Origin: Macrostomum lignano
Taxonomy: Eukaryota
Assembly: GCA_002269645.1 (NCBI GenBank)
Contig: NIVC01002038.1
Coordinates: forward strand, 88,060 to 152,059
Reading direction: 5' to 3'
DNA: 64,000 bases
Part shown: one piece after another, positions 35,401-47,202 of the stretch
Layout: each line of letters starts with the position of its first letter
Numbering within the stretch: the first letter of the stretch is position 1
Made by a program: the position numbers and the translations under genes
The notes under the pieces: model-generated
What the model was told of the DNA's origin: nothing
The model's input: only the letters and a program-made list of their open reading frames with translations
Databases searched by the model: none

Positions 35401-37559
35401 TTCGCGTTTTGTAAAATTTTTGTCAATCGTGCCAAGTTTAATTTTTTCAAAATAATACAAATATTTCGTTTTAAATTTCTTGTTTCGTCCGTCGCGCATT
35501 CATTTTTTTTAATGTCGTTTTTTTTCAAAAATATTTAAATTATTTTAGTAGCATTCTTAAATGAAGTCAATTTTCTCAATACATTCGGTTTGCATTCGAT
35601 GCCTGTTATTTTTGGAAGGGGTGGGTGTAACGTCGTCACTTCTGTTATTGCAAACTGCAAATTTTATATTTAGGATTTCTTTTGGAGTTAATATTGAAAC
35701 CTATTATTACTTGGGTCCAATGTTTATTTCGATTTTCTATTTATTTTTCTTATTAAGTTATAACTTTGTTTATTTATGTTCAGTAAGTCCGTCTATTCAA
35801 AATTGGCTTCTTGTTAGATTTTATCGTTGGATTTTCTCGCGCGCTGGGTGTTAGTCTCCCGTAGTCTTGGCATCAGCCTTATTTTGGTCGTCTCAGATTG
35901 ACTTACATTTAGTCATGCGCAAATACTTGGCATTGCCACAGTGCTACTAACATTATTATTTAGACTATTAGTAGTATTGTTTTTAATAATTGAACTACAC
36001 ATTGGTTTAGACAAACGCTCAGCACGCGCACCATTACTACGGCATTAGTGCTAGTCCACATTAATAAAATAAACTTGGCCACGACTTCTCATCCTCGAAA
36101 CATCGTATCGTCGCACTGGAATGGTTTGGTGATGGCGTGATTTTAGTATATTTTATACAACTACATGTGCATACAAAATGCTCTAGCCATGTGAGGTACA
36201 TAAAGCTTGTATTCATATTACTTTGTAGCAATCAGGACTTGGTAAATGAAGAATGAATTAGATTTATCAATGGTTATATTTTGTCGTTTACAAACTGTAT
36301 ATACGAGTACCTAGCTGGAACATGGATGAAGGAATAGATTGAACTTCCAAACAGACTCAGTTCTTTTCTCGTTTCTAGTCGCTTTGCCTCCACTCCCCCG
36401 TGCTTTCTCATAGGCTGAGGCAATGCGTCCATACATCATCACACGTGACTTTACACAAGGGAAATTGACTACTTTCTATGGAGCTTTCAAATGATCCCGA
36501 AATCGAAGGATATAAAATCGAAGGTCCGCTCTCAGACAAAGAAAAGACACTGTGGGAAGCGGAAACAAAACGTCGAAAAACCAAAAGTAACTGCGTCCGA
36601 TTGGCAATCCATTATATTCCTTCATTTATGAGCGGGAAACAGTTTCTCCTAACTTACTACATATTTACTGCTAAGCAGTTAACACCAAAGGTAAAACTGC
36701 AGTTCACAATTCCTGAAAATTCAACTCACCAAGTTGACCAATCTTGTCGAATCTTTTTACTTGACCGGTTTGTGCTGCCGTTGCTGATTACATTCACAAA
36801 TTATCGAGTACGCTTCGTGCTGAAACTAGCCTTTGAAAACTTTGCTTGCTCCATGCTCTGCTTTCCTACAACTCTATGCTTCGCCCCCGCCACCTTGCGC
36901 TTCGCTTCCTCCTGTTTGCGCTTTGCCTCCTTGGCGAGATTTTTCTTATGAAAAGTGAAGCTGTCCTAGTTTGCTTGATGCAGCATCATCATAAATTTTG
37001 CTAGAATCGTCTCGGTTGAGACGCCCGAAGAAATGTCCTGTCCCGGCTAACGTCGTGCAGCAGAGATTGTAGCTGAAAAATATTGGCAGGTAGAATGAGT
37101 GTAGGGCACACAAAACGTATGTTGAAAGAAGTTTATACTTCAAGATGCGAGTATGTTTCAAAGGAGTACAAAGTAAATTATTGAAACTTCCATATAATAA
37201 AAAATCTTTATAATATCTAAAAGTTTATCTGAATGCTCATTTTAAAGTGTACACTACGACTGAAGAGGCTTAAGTAAGAAAATGTGATATTAATGACAGT
37301 ATTAGAAATTTATATTTCACACTATCCTGGAAAATTGTGAATAATTATTCTACACAGTAGCACAGGTAATTGTGGTAATGTGTTACAAAGTGGTATGTGG
37401 TACAAAGCGGCACTGGAGCCGCAAGCGTGAATGCTTTATATTTCTCACTTTGAAAGCGTTCGCTCCTCTTGCGGTAGTGAATTTTTGCTCTGGGCCGATA
37501 TTATAATAAGACAATAAACGTAGCGCGGTACCAAAGACGGGGGGCTTGTGCCACAGACA

Positions 37560-37893
37560 CTTCGTTGATCCTAAAAGTGCATAAGAATTAATAAATTCTA
37601 ACTCTAGCTATCTAGTCATGCGCCAGTAGGACTGAAATAGGTCGCGAATCTGGGCAGGACAAGGATGAAAGCTTCCTTCTGCAGCCGTCACATATGCCAG
37701 ATGGAAGATATTATTGCTCTTCCTTAAAGCCTTCGTACACTGTTGTTTGAATCAGTTCAATCTGATGCTCCGTCAAAGGGCCACGCGCTCTTTGAAGACA
37801 CATAGCATACAGTGACTGGAGATTTTCTTTGCGGTTTCTTTTCTTTGGCATTGTAGCTGATGATGAGTAAAAACAAGAAAATTGTTTGGACAA
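37560..37893 (-). pseudogene. Possible Chapaev-like transposase N-terminal Cys-rich fragment
   Basis: NRKENLQSLYAMCLQRARGPLTEHQIELIQTTVYEGFKEEQ*YLPSGICDGCRRKL has LP-x-x-IC-x2-C spacing like Chapaev N-termini. No catalytic domain is seen. Confidence 0.35.
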
Positions 37894-38453
37894 TATTTAA
37901 CCAGTTATCAATTAAAACAAACATTTTAAAATGCTCTAAATATCATTTACATCACCATAAATTGAGCAACTGCTCATGAATTATGCATAAAGGGATCAAT
38001 AAAAAGAATGTACAAATTGTGTGTGATCACAAGCAAAATTTTGCCTTTTGCCATTTAATGGCGGTGGGTTGAAAGTATATATTTTTATCGATTAAAAGTC
38101 AGGTGATTTTATTGCATATTTCATGATAGTGGCAGTAAATAGACTTTTTAAGCATAGTCATTCTGTCACAAAGCTTCAATTGATCTGAAAGGACTGTACA
38201 ATATTTGATATCTTCTGTAATTTAGAGAATCAAACCTATTTATATAAAGAGGCCAATTCTTTATGCTGTCTAAGAATGTAAAACATAGCATCAACATAGC
38301 ATGTACAACAATGTGCAAGCAATATACAACATAGCAGTACAACATAGCATCGACAAATGAGCCCGTCCCAGTCTCTCAGATCTATGGGGTGCCTTTTAAT
38401 TCGAATTGAGAGCCCTAAATTTAGTTCGAAGTTTAAGTAAACTTTAGGTTAAC

Positions 38454-39790
38454 TTAATCAGAGCTCGTGAGTGGCACAATAATAATGCATTTCTTTGTGG
38501 GCGTTCTCAACATTGTGCGTCGGGATTCAGCATAGAAACACATTCGGATAAGCGACGATGGGTAGGGATAGACATAAAGGTTGTCCAGCAACGACAGAAC
38601 AACGCCAGTCACCTTGCCATCGCAGACACTGGTGATGCGCACAACATTGTCTCCAATGAAGCAGCAGATGTCGGGTGCTTTGCAGCTGTATTGAAGTGTC
38701 GAAGTGAGCTTCTTAGTAAGCGATTCGCGGACATTGAGCATTTGCGTCAACAAGTGGGAAGTAGCAAATCGGGTCAACCTGAGCCGCCCTGGCCCTTTGA
38801 GGTGGGACAAATAATTCTCGAACGGAAAAGCGGAAAAATTGCTCAGAGGTCCGAGTTGCTGCACGAATAGCGGCAGATGCAGTAACACGTGTGTGTTATT
38901 ACTCATAATGGAGTCTCCGTATAGCTCCTGCACTTCTCCGACGAACTTCTTGACGCAGGTTCGGCGTAGGTAAAAATTTCCGGATTCTTGCACAGCTCCG
39001 ATGACATCAGAACATAAATGGCGAAGTGCAGAAGCAGAAAATGTTTGAAAAGCTTGTCAGGAAGATATTGGCGAAAGAGATATGCTCCGAAGTAGAGCAG
39101 AAAGTTTTTCAGCTTGGTCGCTTTGCAGTGGGCTAACTCCTTGTCAATTCGCCGAGGGCGCCGCTGGAAATTAGACGGAGTGTAAGGGGCGCACTTGGCT
39201 ATATCGTCAGACAGAGCCGTAATTTCAGCAGGCCGTATTTTGCAGTGCCGACCGTTATCAGTGGCAAAGAGGAAATGAAACAACCTTTGGACTGTTCCAT
39301 TGCAGACCAGGTGCATAAAATCGGGCGGAATACACTTGGAAAGTCGAGTCCTTTAAGTAGCATCAGGGGACTGGGCCCAGCTCGCTGATTTGACTCTCTG
39401 TGAGGTAAGAAGAATTATCAAAGTGAGATTATCAGACAAGATGTTCACACATGAGATTATTGGACGTAATTATAAGAAAAATAAAAGGCAATTGCAAAAA
39501 CATTTTCTCACCCTCCTTCGCTATAAGCCTCGGCTGTACGCGGCTCTCCTTCGTCAGTTGGGTACACGATCCTCCTGTCAATGGTCTGCGCCACAGCCCT
39601 GCAGTAAAAGCAGCCGTTGTGAGAGTTGTGTCCCAGTGTCCTGGCGATGAAGGATCACACTGGCGCATCGCACACGAAATACATGCTGCGGATTTTCACA
39701 GGCACTCCTTCAATCAGCTTGAAGTTGGACATCAGTTCCGCAACCTCCTAAGTTAGAAGCTGCATGGATCGGAAACACTGGCAATGCTTC
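38454..39790 (-). pseudogene. CMC/EnSpm-like transposase relic 4
   Basis: MHLVCNGT...PSNFQRRPRRIDKELAHCKATKLKNFLLYFG...HFLLLHFAIYVL and NTHVLLHLPLFVQQLGPLSNFSAFPFENYLSHLK. Confidence 0.8.
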
Positions 39791-39959
39791 GCAGCAGCTG
39801 TCGATTCGTTGTGATCTTTCCGTTGCAATTCGACTCATCCGTTGTGAATGACAGCCCGCCAATTGACACCCAGGGTTTTTCTGGCTGGTAAATAGCCTGT
39901 CAGCAGCAACTCAGATCGCGGGGCCGCTCAGACACCGGAAGTCTTTCTTCGCCGAGCAC

Positions 39960-40290
39960 TTCCGCTGAGTTGGAAATCCATTTGCGTGCTCTCATCCCTG
40001 CTTTGCTCCACAGCTCAGTCAGCTGTTCGTACAATTGATCGCTTGACGCACATCCTTTGCTGAATCTAAGCTATCGTCCATGTACGTAGAACGCAACACA
40101 GTCCTCGCCGCCATTGGCCAAGAATGGCGGACAGTTTACACCAAAGACGACGCTTCGGAACTCGTACACCTTCAGCTCCACATCACGACCTGCCTCGAGT
40201 CCGCGCCATAAAAACCGGAAGAATCGCCTGTCGTCAGCGGAAAATCTGATTCTTAAATACATTTATTGTGTGTCACAGGACAATGCCACT
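39960..40290 (-). pseudogene. BEL/Pao reverse-transcriptase fragment
   Basis: MYLRIRFSADDRRFFRFLWRG...VYEFRSVVFGVNCPPFLA followed by a decayed FYV(DD) matches the BEL/Pao RFLWR...V-x-FG...PFLA signature. Confidence 0.7.
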
Positions 40291-40353
40291 GCATGCGTAC
40301 GGAATCTTAGCGGCACTTTAAAGAATTTTGGCCCAGCGAAGATTCAAGCAGAT

Positions 40354-40650
40354 TCAATTCCCGTTAGGCCGCGCCAGCGTGTACCATTCGCGAATGCCAC
40401 GAGCATCCGCATCATCTGGGTTTAGAGTCAGCTTGGATTCAGAGCAGCCGAGACAGATTGAGCCGGCGTACGCTTGGATTTTGGCGCCTTTGATTGCCAA
40501 GATATCGCCCTCGCTCATGGACTCCACCTGGCCAGTAGCAGAACCCCAAATAGTGCAGGACACCAAAAACCGGAGTCGTCGACGAGCGAAACTTTGGACC
40601 GGAAAATTTCCTTGCCTTTACGAGTTGTCTCGATTAACTTCACTCTCTTT
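40354..40650 (-). pseudogene. RPA70-like OB-fold (DBD-B type) fragment, paralogue of the 47203-47527 exon
   Basis: RSKVSLVDDSGF, then a 1-nt frameshift, then VSCTIWGSATGQVESMSEGDILAIKGAKIQAYAGSICLGCSESKLTLNPDDADARGIREWY. It aligns by eye with KVTLVDDSNYSVSCVFW...GEVLAIPGA...KPDDEEASDLSTWF. Confidence 0.65.
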
Positions 40651-40789
40651 ATGACGTCGCAATTTCGCTTCCCGACTCCTCTGCTCAGCACTCTTTCTCT
40701 TTCTTTTAGGCATATTGCCTAACTGCACCAGCCGTTTATAAAAACCGGTCCGAGCCGTCTCAAAAACGATCCGAAATCTAACCGAACGT

Positions 40790-40968
40790 TGTCGATCCGA
40801 GTTGTAAACAGTTGTCGGTCAGTCAGGACGGAACAAACCAAACGCTCAAAACGGAACGCTGTCGATCCGAGTTGTAAACAGTTGTCGGTCAGTCAGGACG
40901 GAACAAACCAAACGCTCAAAACGGAAAGCTGTGTATCCGGGTTGTAAACTGTTGTCGATCAGGAAGGA
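40790..40968. repeat. Tandem repeat, ~2.5 x 70 bp
   Basis: tgtcgatccgagttgtaaacagttgtcggtcagtcaggacggaacaaaccaaacgctcaaaacggaa starts at 40790 and 40860, with a diverged third start at 40930. Confidence 0.9.
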
Positions 40969-43900
40969 AGAAACGAAGCAGTTGTCGAAAACGTTGTCGA
41001 TCCAAAAAACAATATAGAAAAAAGATCAAAACCGATCCAAAAGCAAAAAAGCGATCCGGCATAAGCACAAAAGTCTCGAGCAACAAAAGTATTTTGATTT
41101 AGCCTCTCGCTTTAGCCGACCGATGGCTGCAGGTTTGACTGGAAAGATTCAGACCATTGACACGATGAATCCTTACTGCAAGCATTATATTATATTATAT
41201 TATAATATACTATTCCACTCGAAACCAACCACTGGCAATAAAATCGAAATGCCGAATGACGAAAGAGACTCAGACCATAGACATATTGAGCTCTGACTGC
41301 GGCAAAAATACACTGTCGAGATAGGCGGCGGACAGGTTTTTCTCCATTTTAACAGGGTGATGGGTTTCGACCTTCCGGCCCCACTCCTGTCAGATGGTCA
41401 GCCCCATGGTAGCTTGATCGTGTGGCGAGCAGTCTAGGTCCTATAGCTAAGAGAGGGACAGCGAGAGAAGAGCAGGGAGAATTTTGAAAGTAGAAATTAG
41501 TTAATCCGCAGATTAGCTAACTCGCTGCCACCAGCCCGTACGTCCTGGCTCACCACACCGGGACTCTCGAAATCGGGCTTCCGACTAGAGGGGGCTTTGC
41601 ACTTACCTGCCAACTAGTGTCTTTTTGCTGTCAATCTCGAAGTCATAGCCGATGTTAAGGGACACTGCTGGGACTGGATCGCATTGGCCATGCAGGTACA
41701 GAGGGGACTTGTGCAGGGGATTCTTGCAGTGGCGAGACTATGGGGTAGCTACATGTACTATTACATTGCTAAATAAGAAGATATGTACTTTTGGCCTTCA
41801 ACGCGCCAACCAGCCTCTGCTAGCGCTGATGATAGGCTAACTCGAACATCAGAGACCGCATGATTCACCACCCAAGCCGCTTGGCTAACCTAGAGTGCAC
41901 AGAGTACATCTCTAGCGCTGATTTTGCACTATTGGCAATTTTGCTCACTGATTTGATAGACTGATCGACTGAGAACTGCCTTGCCATTGGTCCACTGTGA
42001 CCGGCGCCTACTAGCTTAGCTACTCATCTGAGCCATAGGCGAACAAAGAAATAAAACCGATAAAATAACTGTTAGATTTAACCTTCTCCTTAGATCACTT
42101 CGCACTTCAGATTGAATTAGAGTTTTAGACTACTAGCAGTATTATTGAATGACTTCTGCCTCAGCAACAGCACTACTAAACAAAATTAGCAAAAGTGTGC
42201 GCCTAATTCAGCTACTGAAACAGGGGACAGATAGGGGATCACCCAATCAAGCAAGTCCAAGTAGCCTCTCACCCAACCAATCAGCCGGAAACTCAACAGC
42301 CGGAGATCAGGTAATCCACAGTGACCGAATCGGCTTGATGCTCTGTAGCTGTAGACTCGGGATGATGCTGTCACAGTCTTCGCAGATAGCTAGCAGGTGA
42401 TGCTCTTTGTTTGATGTTCGCTGCTGATGACCGGGGGATTCGTCCTTGACGATCATAGGGGGAAGTCGCAATCCGGGGATCAAGAAACGACGGTCGCGCT
42501 CCGGGAACCAGAAGTTTCGTGCTGGGCCCGAGCAAGTTGGAGTCCGAGCCGGCTAAAAACTCCGGTTTAAATAGCCGCCAACTGGACCGCAGTTTGTTAT
42601 AATGGAACACGTCGATTCTGATTGGCTGAGCCGATTTGTTAAAATGAGCGCCTAATTTTCTGATTAGCTAAGCTTGTTGCCACCCAGAATCACGTGACCG
42701 GGAGATCCTATCAGTTCCCACAGGGTCGTAAAAAGATGACAGGTGCGGTCAAAAATCAGTCAAAATCGCAACAAAATGATTTATGACTTTTCGCGTAGGG
42801 TTGACAGAAATTAATGAAAAAATATACATTAGAAAGCTCCTATTAAATCGAAAGTGAAGACAATGAAGAGAAATCACTAATCGCTAATCCCAAGGTACTT
42901 TTAGGGGTAAAACGCATAGCTGTCAAAGCTGTCACACGCTTGAGTGAACCCGAACAATAGGCTCTGACCTCATAAATCTTGATGGCCTGTCAAAATGATG
43001 AGAAAAAAGCTACCGCCCGCATCCTCTCAGACCATCTGGCGCCCGCCTCAACACTGAGTGAGGCGCAGGTGGCTGTCGGACCAGCTTCGAAAGCGATGAT
43101 TTATGACCCAAAAAGCTGCGCCTATGTTATTATGACTACTAGTATGACCAGACATTATATCTATTATAGATTCTATGACAATTCGCAGAAAAAGGATAAA
43201 AATGCCCATTGCCCACTGTTAGTAGGCTAGTAAATTTAGAGCCTATGTGCTAGCGCGGGGTTTGGAAAAAAGTGCGTCCTCATCATATGCCCCCCTATTT
43301 GTGAGTTGATCGCAGATTAACTCAAAAACAAAGAAGAAAAATGAGCCCAGTTTTGTACAAAATCGCAGCTAGCACATAAAAAATAGCAAGAATAATAATA
43401 GTTACTCACAAATAGGAAAATATCAGACTAATACGCATCCCAAGAATGGAAATCCCAAAAGAGAAAGAAATTGGGGTAAAGGGAAGAAGTGAAGAAAGAA
43501 AGGGATCAAAAGAAAAGTGCTTAAAACAAACATTGCATTGCAAATACAGTATTAAGTGCGAGATACATGTAAGGATATTGTCAATCTCAATCCGACCTGG
43601 TAAGCCTCTTGATGGCTTAATTCCTTTGTCGCGCAGGGCCGACCCGAGCCAGGATGAATGGGGAGCTCGGAAAATGCGTTGCACATTCTCACCTCCCGCC
43701 TGTGGAGTCCACGTGCCTGGGGTTGCCGTGCTCATCTGGCGACTGCTGGCGAATGGCGAACCTCAGAGGATTAAGGGGCTCTTAAACCATCTTTGCTGAC
43801 TGGCCGAGACGCTGGTGGGGGAGGATGACCTCAACCGCCTCGAGTTCGCAGGGAGATAAAAGCGAGTGACCACTCGGGTCATCCACAAATTATCATTTTC

Positions 43901-45362
43901 ATCTTCGAATCCTGCGTCAGCCTTCGACTCGCCAGCCAGCGCTTCGCCACTGCCACCTTTGCTGACTTCGCACCAAGCCAGGCCAGCCACTGCAGACCTC
44001 CGATCTTCAACTGGTAAGTCTCATCTCAGCTCTGTGATACTCTACCGTACACGTTACTCAATCGGATAATCCCAGACCCATCCCACAGTCTCAGCAGCCT
44101 TTAGGGTACACTCCCTCCTACTCATTTGCCCATTCAGTTCTGTGCAGATAGGTACTTTAAGATGTATTATTAATAGAGTTTCAGATAAGAGGCAGAATAA
44201 TTTTGAGCACTAGTGTTATGTTTTAAAGATTCTTTCAAAAGTTTTTTTGTCCTTATGCTCCGCTTCAATCGCATCCTTTGGCAAATTTAATTCACACAAT
44301 CCAATTTTGTTTTACACTCAGTATTACTACCTATCAGTAGTATCGCACAGCCGCGAGTTCAACTTAATTTTACCATGTCTAGATCAGTTTAGCAATTCGT
44401 ATTAATTCAGGTTGACCACTTATACTTTATTTAAAGTTTTATTAGCTTAATTGTACCTATTATTCACCTACATTGATTATCTAACTCGTTTACTAATAGT
44501 CTCTTTCTTCGCTTCGGCTCAGTGAGTTTAGCAACGGGAAGACCTTAGTTTCAATTTCAAGTCAGACCAAGTACCAATTCCACCTTTGCAATGCACGTTT
44601 TAATTTTTAAAAACAATACAATGTCAGATCAAGCAAAACAAATAAATAATTACACGCACGCACACAACACACACAGTTTCCGCCACCATTTGGTATTGTT
44701 TTTACAAAGAGAAAAGAAGCAAAGTACGCAAAACACTACTAATAAGAATATAAATAGCATAACACAACATTTAGAAAATGAGAAAGCAAGAAAAATAAAC
44801 ATTTTAGTTCCACGCGCATGCGAAATAATGTCACATCATAAAAACTTATACGCAGAAATAAATAGTAACGCAACATTTAAGATATAAATATAGATATGGA
44901 AACGCATTTTCAAACCACCAGGGGAGTATTTACAGGCGAATTCGGGGGGGGGGGTACGAGAAGCAGCATGAGAAAACAATAGTTTAAGCAATAAGAGAAG
45001 ATATTTACAGGGGGCATAGCAACACAAAATGAAAGAAGAATAGGGTGTTACAATTTACTTCGGCTTGGCAGAAATTTGGTCAAGAGCCTAACAAAAGATA
45101 GAGGCACAACTCGCTCACTAACTTTCACTTGAGCCGAATAGTTTAACCAAAGATAGCCTAAAATATTTTTCTTAATAAAAAGAAATGTTCATAGCTGCTC
45201 CACCTTCAATTCTCACACTTCTTGGCTGGCGTTCTGGCTTCTCTGATACAGCACCGCCACGCTCAGTTCCCAAATCTTCTTGTCAGCTTCGAGGGCGGCA
45301 GACATCTTGAGGACCGAGCGCGGGGGGTCCTCACCGCAGTGGAACACGTAGACGATTTTCAA

Positions 45363-45944
45363 TCAGGGGTAACCGGCCTCGCGCACCAGCGCATTGTATA
45401 GCTGGTTCCTCTCGAGCCGCTCGGGCGCCAGCTGCCAGAAACGCTCGTTCGCCGGGACAATGATGAGGCGTTCGCGAAGGCGTCTAGGGCAGGGCTGCAA
45501 AAGTGGCAGGCCGCCCCAGTTCTCGGGAGCCTCGCCGACTGCCAACACCAGCGCTGTTGTTGCCAGGCAGTCTTGCAGCGCTAGCTGCGCGGCCCACTCG
45601 CCCGCTTGATCAGGCGTATAGACGTACAGCGCTTGCGTTAGGTCGGTGGCTAGAGCGAACAGCCCATCGTGGAAGACGATGACGTTGGTGCCTCGCAGGC
45701 CCAGCACAAGTCTGGCGTACATCGCCATCTGCAGGGCCGTCAGATGGACCTCGTGTCGGCTCAGCATGGAAACGATGTTAGCCGCCACCGCAGGGGAGAG
45801 GCCGTAGTCGACAGCCGCCGGCCAGGGGAAAGTGAGCAGTTGGGCCAAGTAGAGTACCGCCCGGCCTGGGTTGCTCAGCTGCAGCGGCGCTAGCCGCTGG
45901 GTTAGATTCGGCCACCATGTTGAAAATGTGGAGTCCAAGTCCAT
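45363..45944 (-). CDS. GC-rich intronless orphan ORF (193 aa from MDLDSTF), possibly TIR-like; the frame continues 49 codons past the TGA
   Basis: A coding-like GC island in AT-rich flanks. The segment ALYVYTPDQAGEWAAQL...ALVLAVG...LPLLQ...RLIIVP is suggestive. The next in-frame stop is at 45213-45215. Confidence 0.5.
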   Translation of the reverse strand: MDLDSTFSTWWPNLTQRLAPLQLSNPGRAVLYLAQLLTFPWPAAVDYGLSPAVAANIVSMLSRHEVHLTALQMAMYARLVLGLRGTNVIVFHDGLFALATDLTQALYVYTPDQAGEWAAQLALQDCLATTALVLAVGEAPENWGGLPLLQPCPRRLRERLIIVPANERFWQLAPERLERNQLYNALVREAGYP

Positions 45945-47202
45945 GTTGAGGACGCACTTGTTTGGAAAAAAGTGCGTCCTCATCAAGGGAAGCATTTTCA
46001 CAATAAAATCAAATTGCAACCAAAAAAATTTCCCATTAGCGCCGGAAAATTTCCAATCAAACAAATCGAGTTAGAAAAAATCGGCCACCAATTGCGTCCT
46101 CAACAGTGTTACACCGCAAAACGTCTATGTTCCAAATTCTCAACTTTAGTGTATAGACTAGCAATTTATGCCACCCCCCCCCCTACGGCGGACCTGTACA
46201 AATTTGCCAAAGTGTTACACATTTTGCCAACGGGTTGCACATCCCGTTGCCGTTGGTCAGTGCGCTCAAAGGTAACCTATAGAGTGGTAAAGTAGATAGA
46301 GTGGTAAAGTGGATTGTTGATTTAAGATGAAGAGAATTCATCTTGTTTAGCTCTTGTTTAGCTCTTGTATCTTGTAAGGCAAGGTAGTTACGCTGCACAA
46401 GCACAAATGTATTGAATTTAAGAACCGATCAGGCAATCACATGGTAATGGAACAAAAATACTTATTTAATTTGAACGTCATTGAGTAAATTTTGTTGGTA
46501 ATTAACAATAAGCTTGGTATTCAATGCAAGTAGCAACTTTATTTAAGCAAGGATAATTCAAACAAAAATTTTAATTTTAATTAAAAAAAATTTTAATTAG
46601 GAAAATTAATTAAATAATTTAATTTTAAATTCAAATTCAAATTTAAATTTAGCTTTTGCTACTAGCTAAAGCACCTCCTTGCTCTTTGAGTTGTTGCTGT
46701 CGGTGACATTATAGATTTGTGGTCTTATTTGCCAAATTGTCAAATTGACTGTTTATGATTGTTGTGATTTATTAGCTATGTAATTAACTATTTCGACTCA
46801 TTGGCTGGGGTTGTAGTCTGGAGTTGAGCTCCTAGGTTGTTGCACATCCCGTTCCCTTTGTCAGTGCACTCAAGGGTAACCTAGAGAGTGGTAAAGTGGA
46901 TTGTTGATTACACTAGTTCACTCGTGGTTACGGTACTTGTGCGTATGCAAGTACATGAATGTAATTTATTTAATTTGCTTCAGTAGCAAAATCTCAAGCA
47001 ACACCTAAAAATTGCTTTAGCTTAATGATACAAAATGCTTCAACACATACCATTTTATCTCCGAAACAAGCTCTTGTAGTTCCTTAACCTTGTCGAAGTC
47101 GGAAAACATTCGTCGTGGATACTTGATAGTGACAGTTTCGTCATCTGCTGCCTAACTATACACACTTGAACGCTTTTGGCTGGGCCGTATACGTTCGAAT
47201 TG

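Larger units (their letters stand above)
27000..35560. mobile_element. Rearranged, partial Polinton/Maverick (adintovirus-like) relic
   Basis: Protein-primed PolB, A32-type packaging ATPase, a penton-like C-terminus, a pX-like protein and core-protein motifs are clustered. I saw no major capsid, protease, integrase or TIR/TSD. Confidence 0.85.

Noticed and set aside
42419-42500. Hammerhead ribozyme (CTGATGA core)
   Set aside because: There is no GAAA at the required spacing and no convincing stems. Other CTGATGA hits I checked also failed.
43540-44100. Tyrosine recombinase or LINE endonuclease remnant (PHSSWLGSA; IRLSNVYG)
   Set aside because: Only isolated short resemblances in different frames, with catalytic residues missing.
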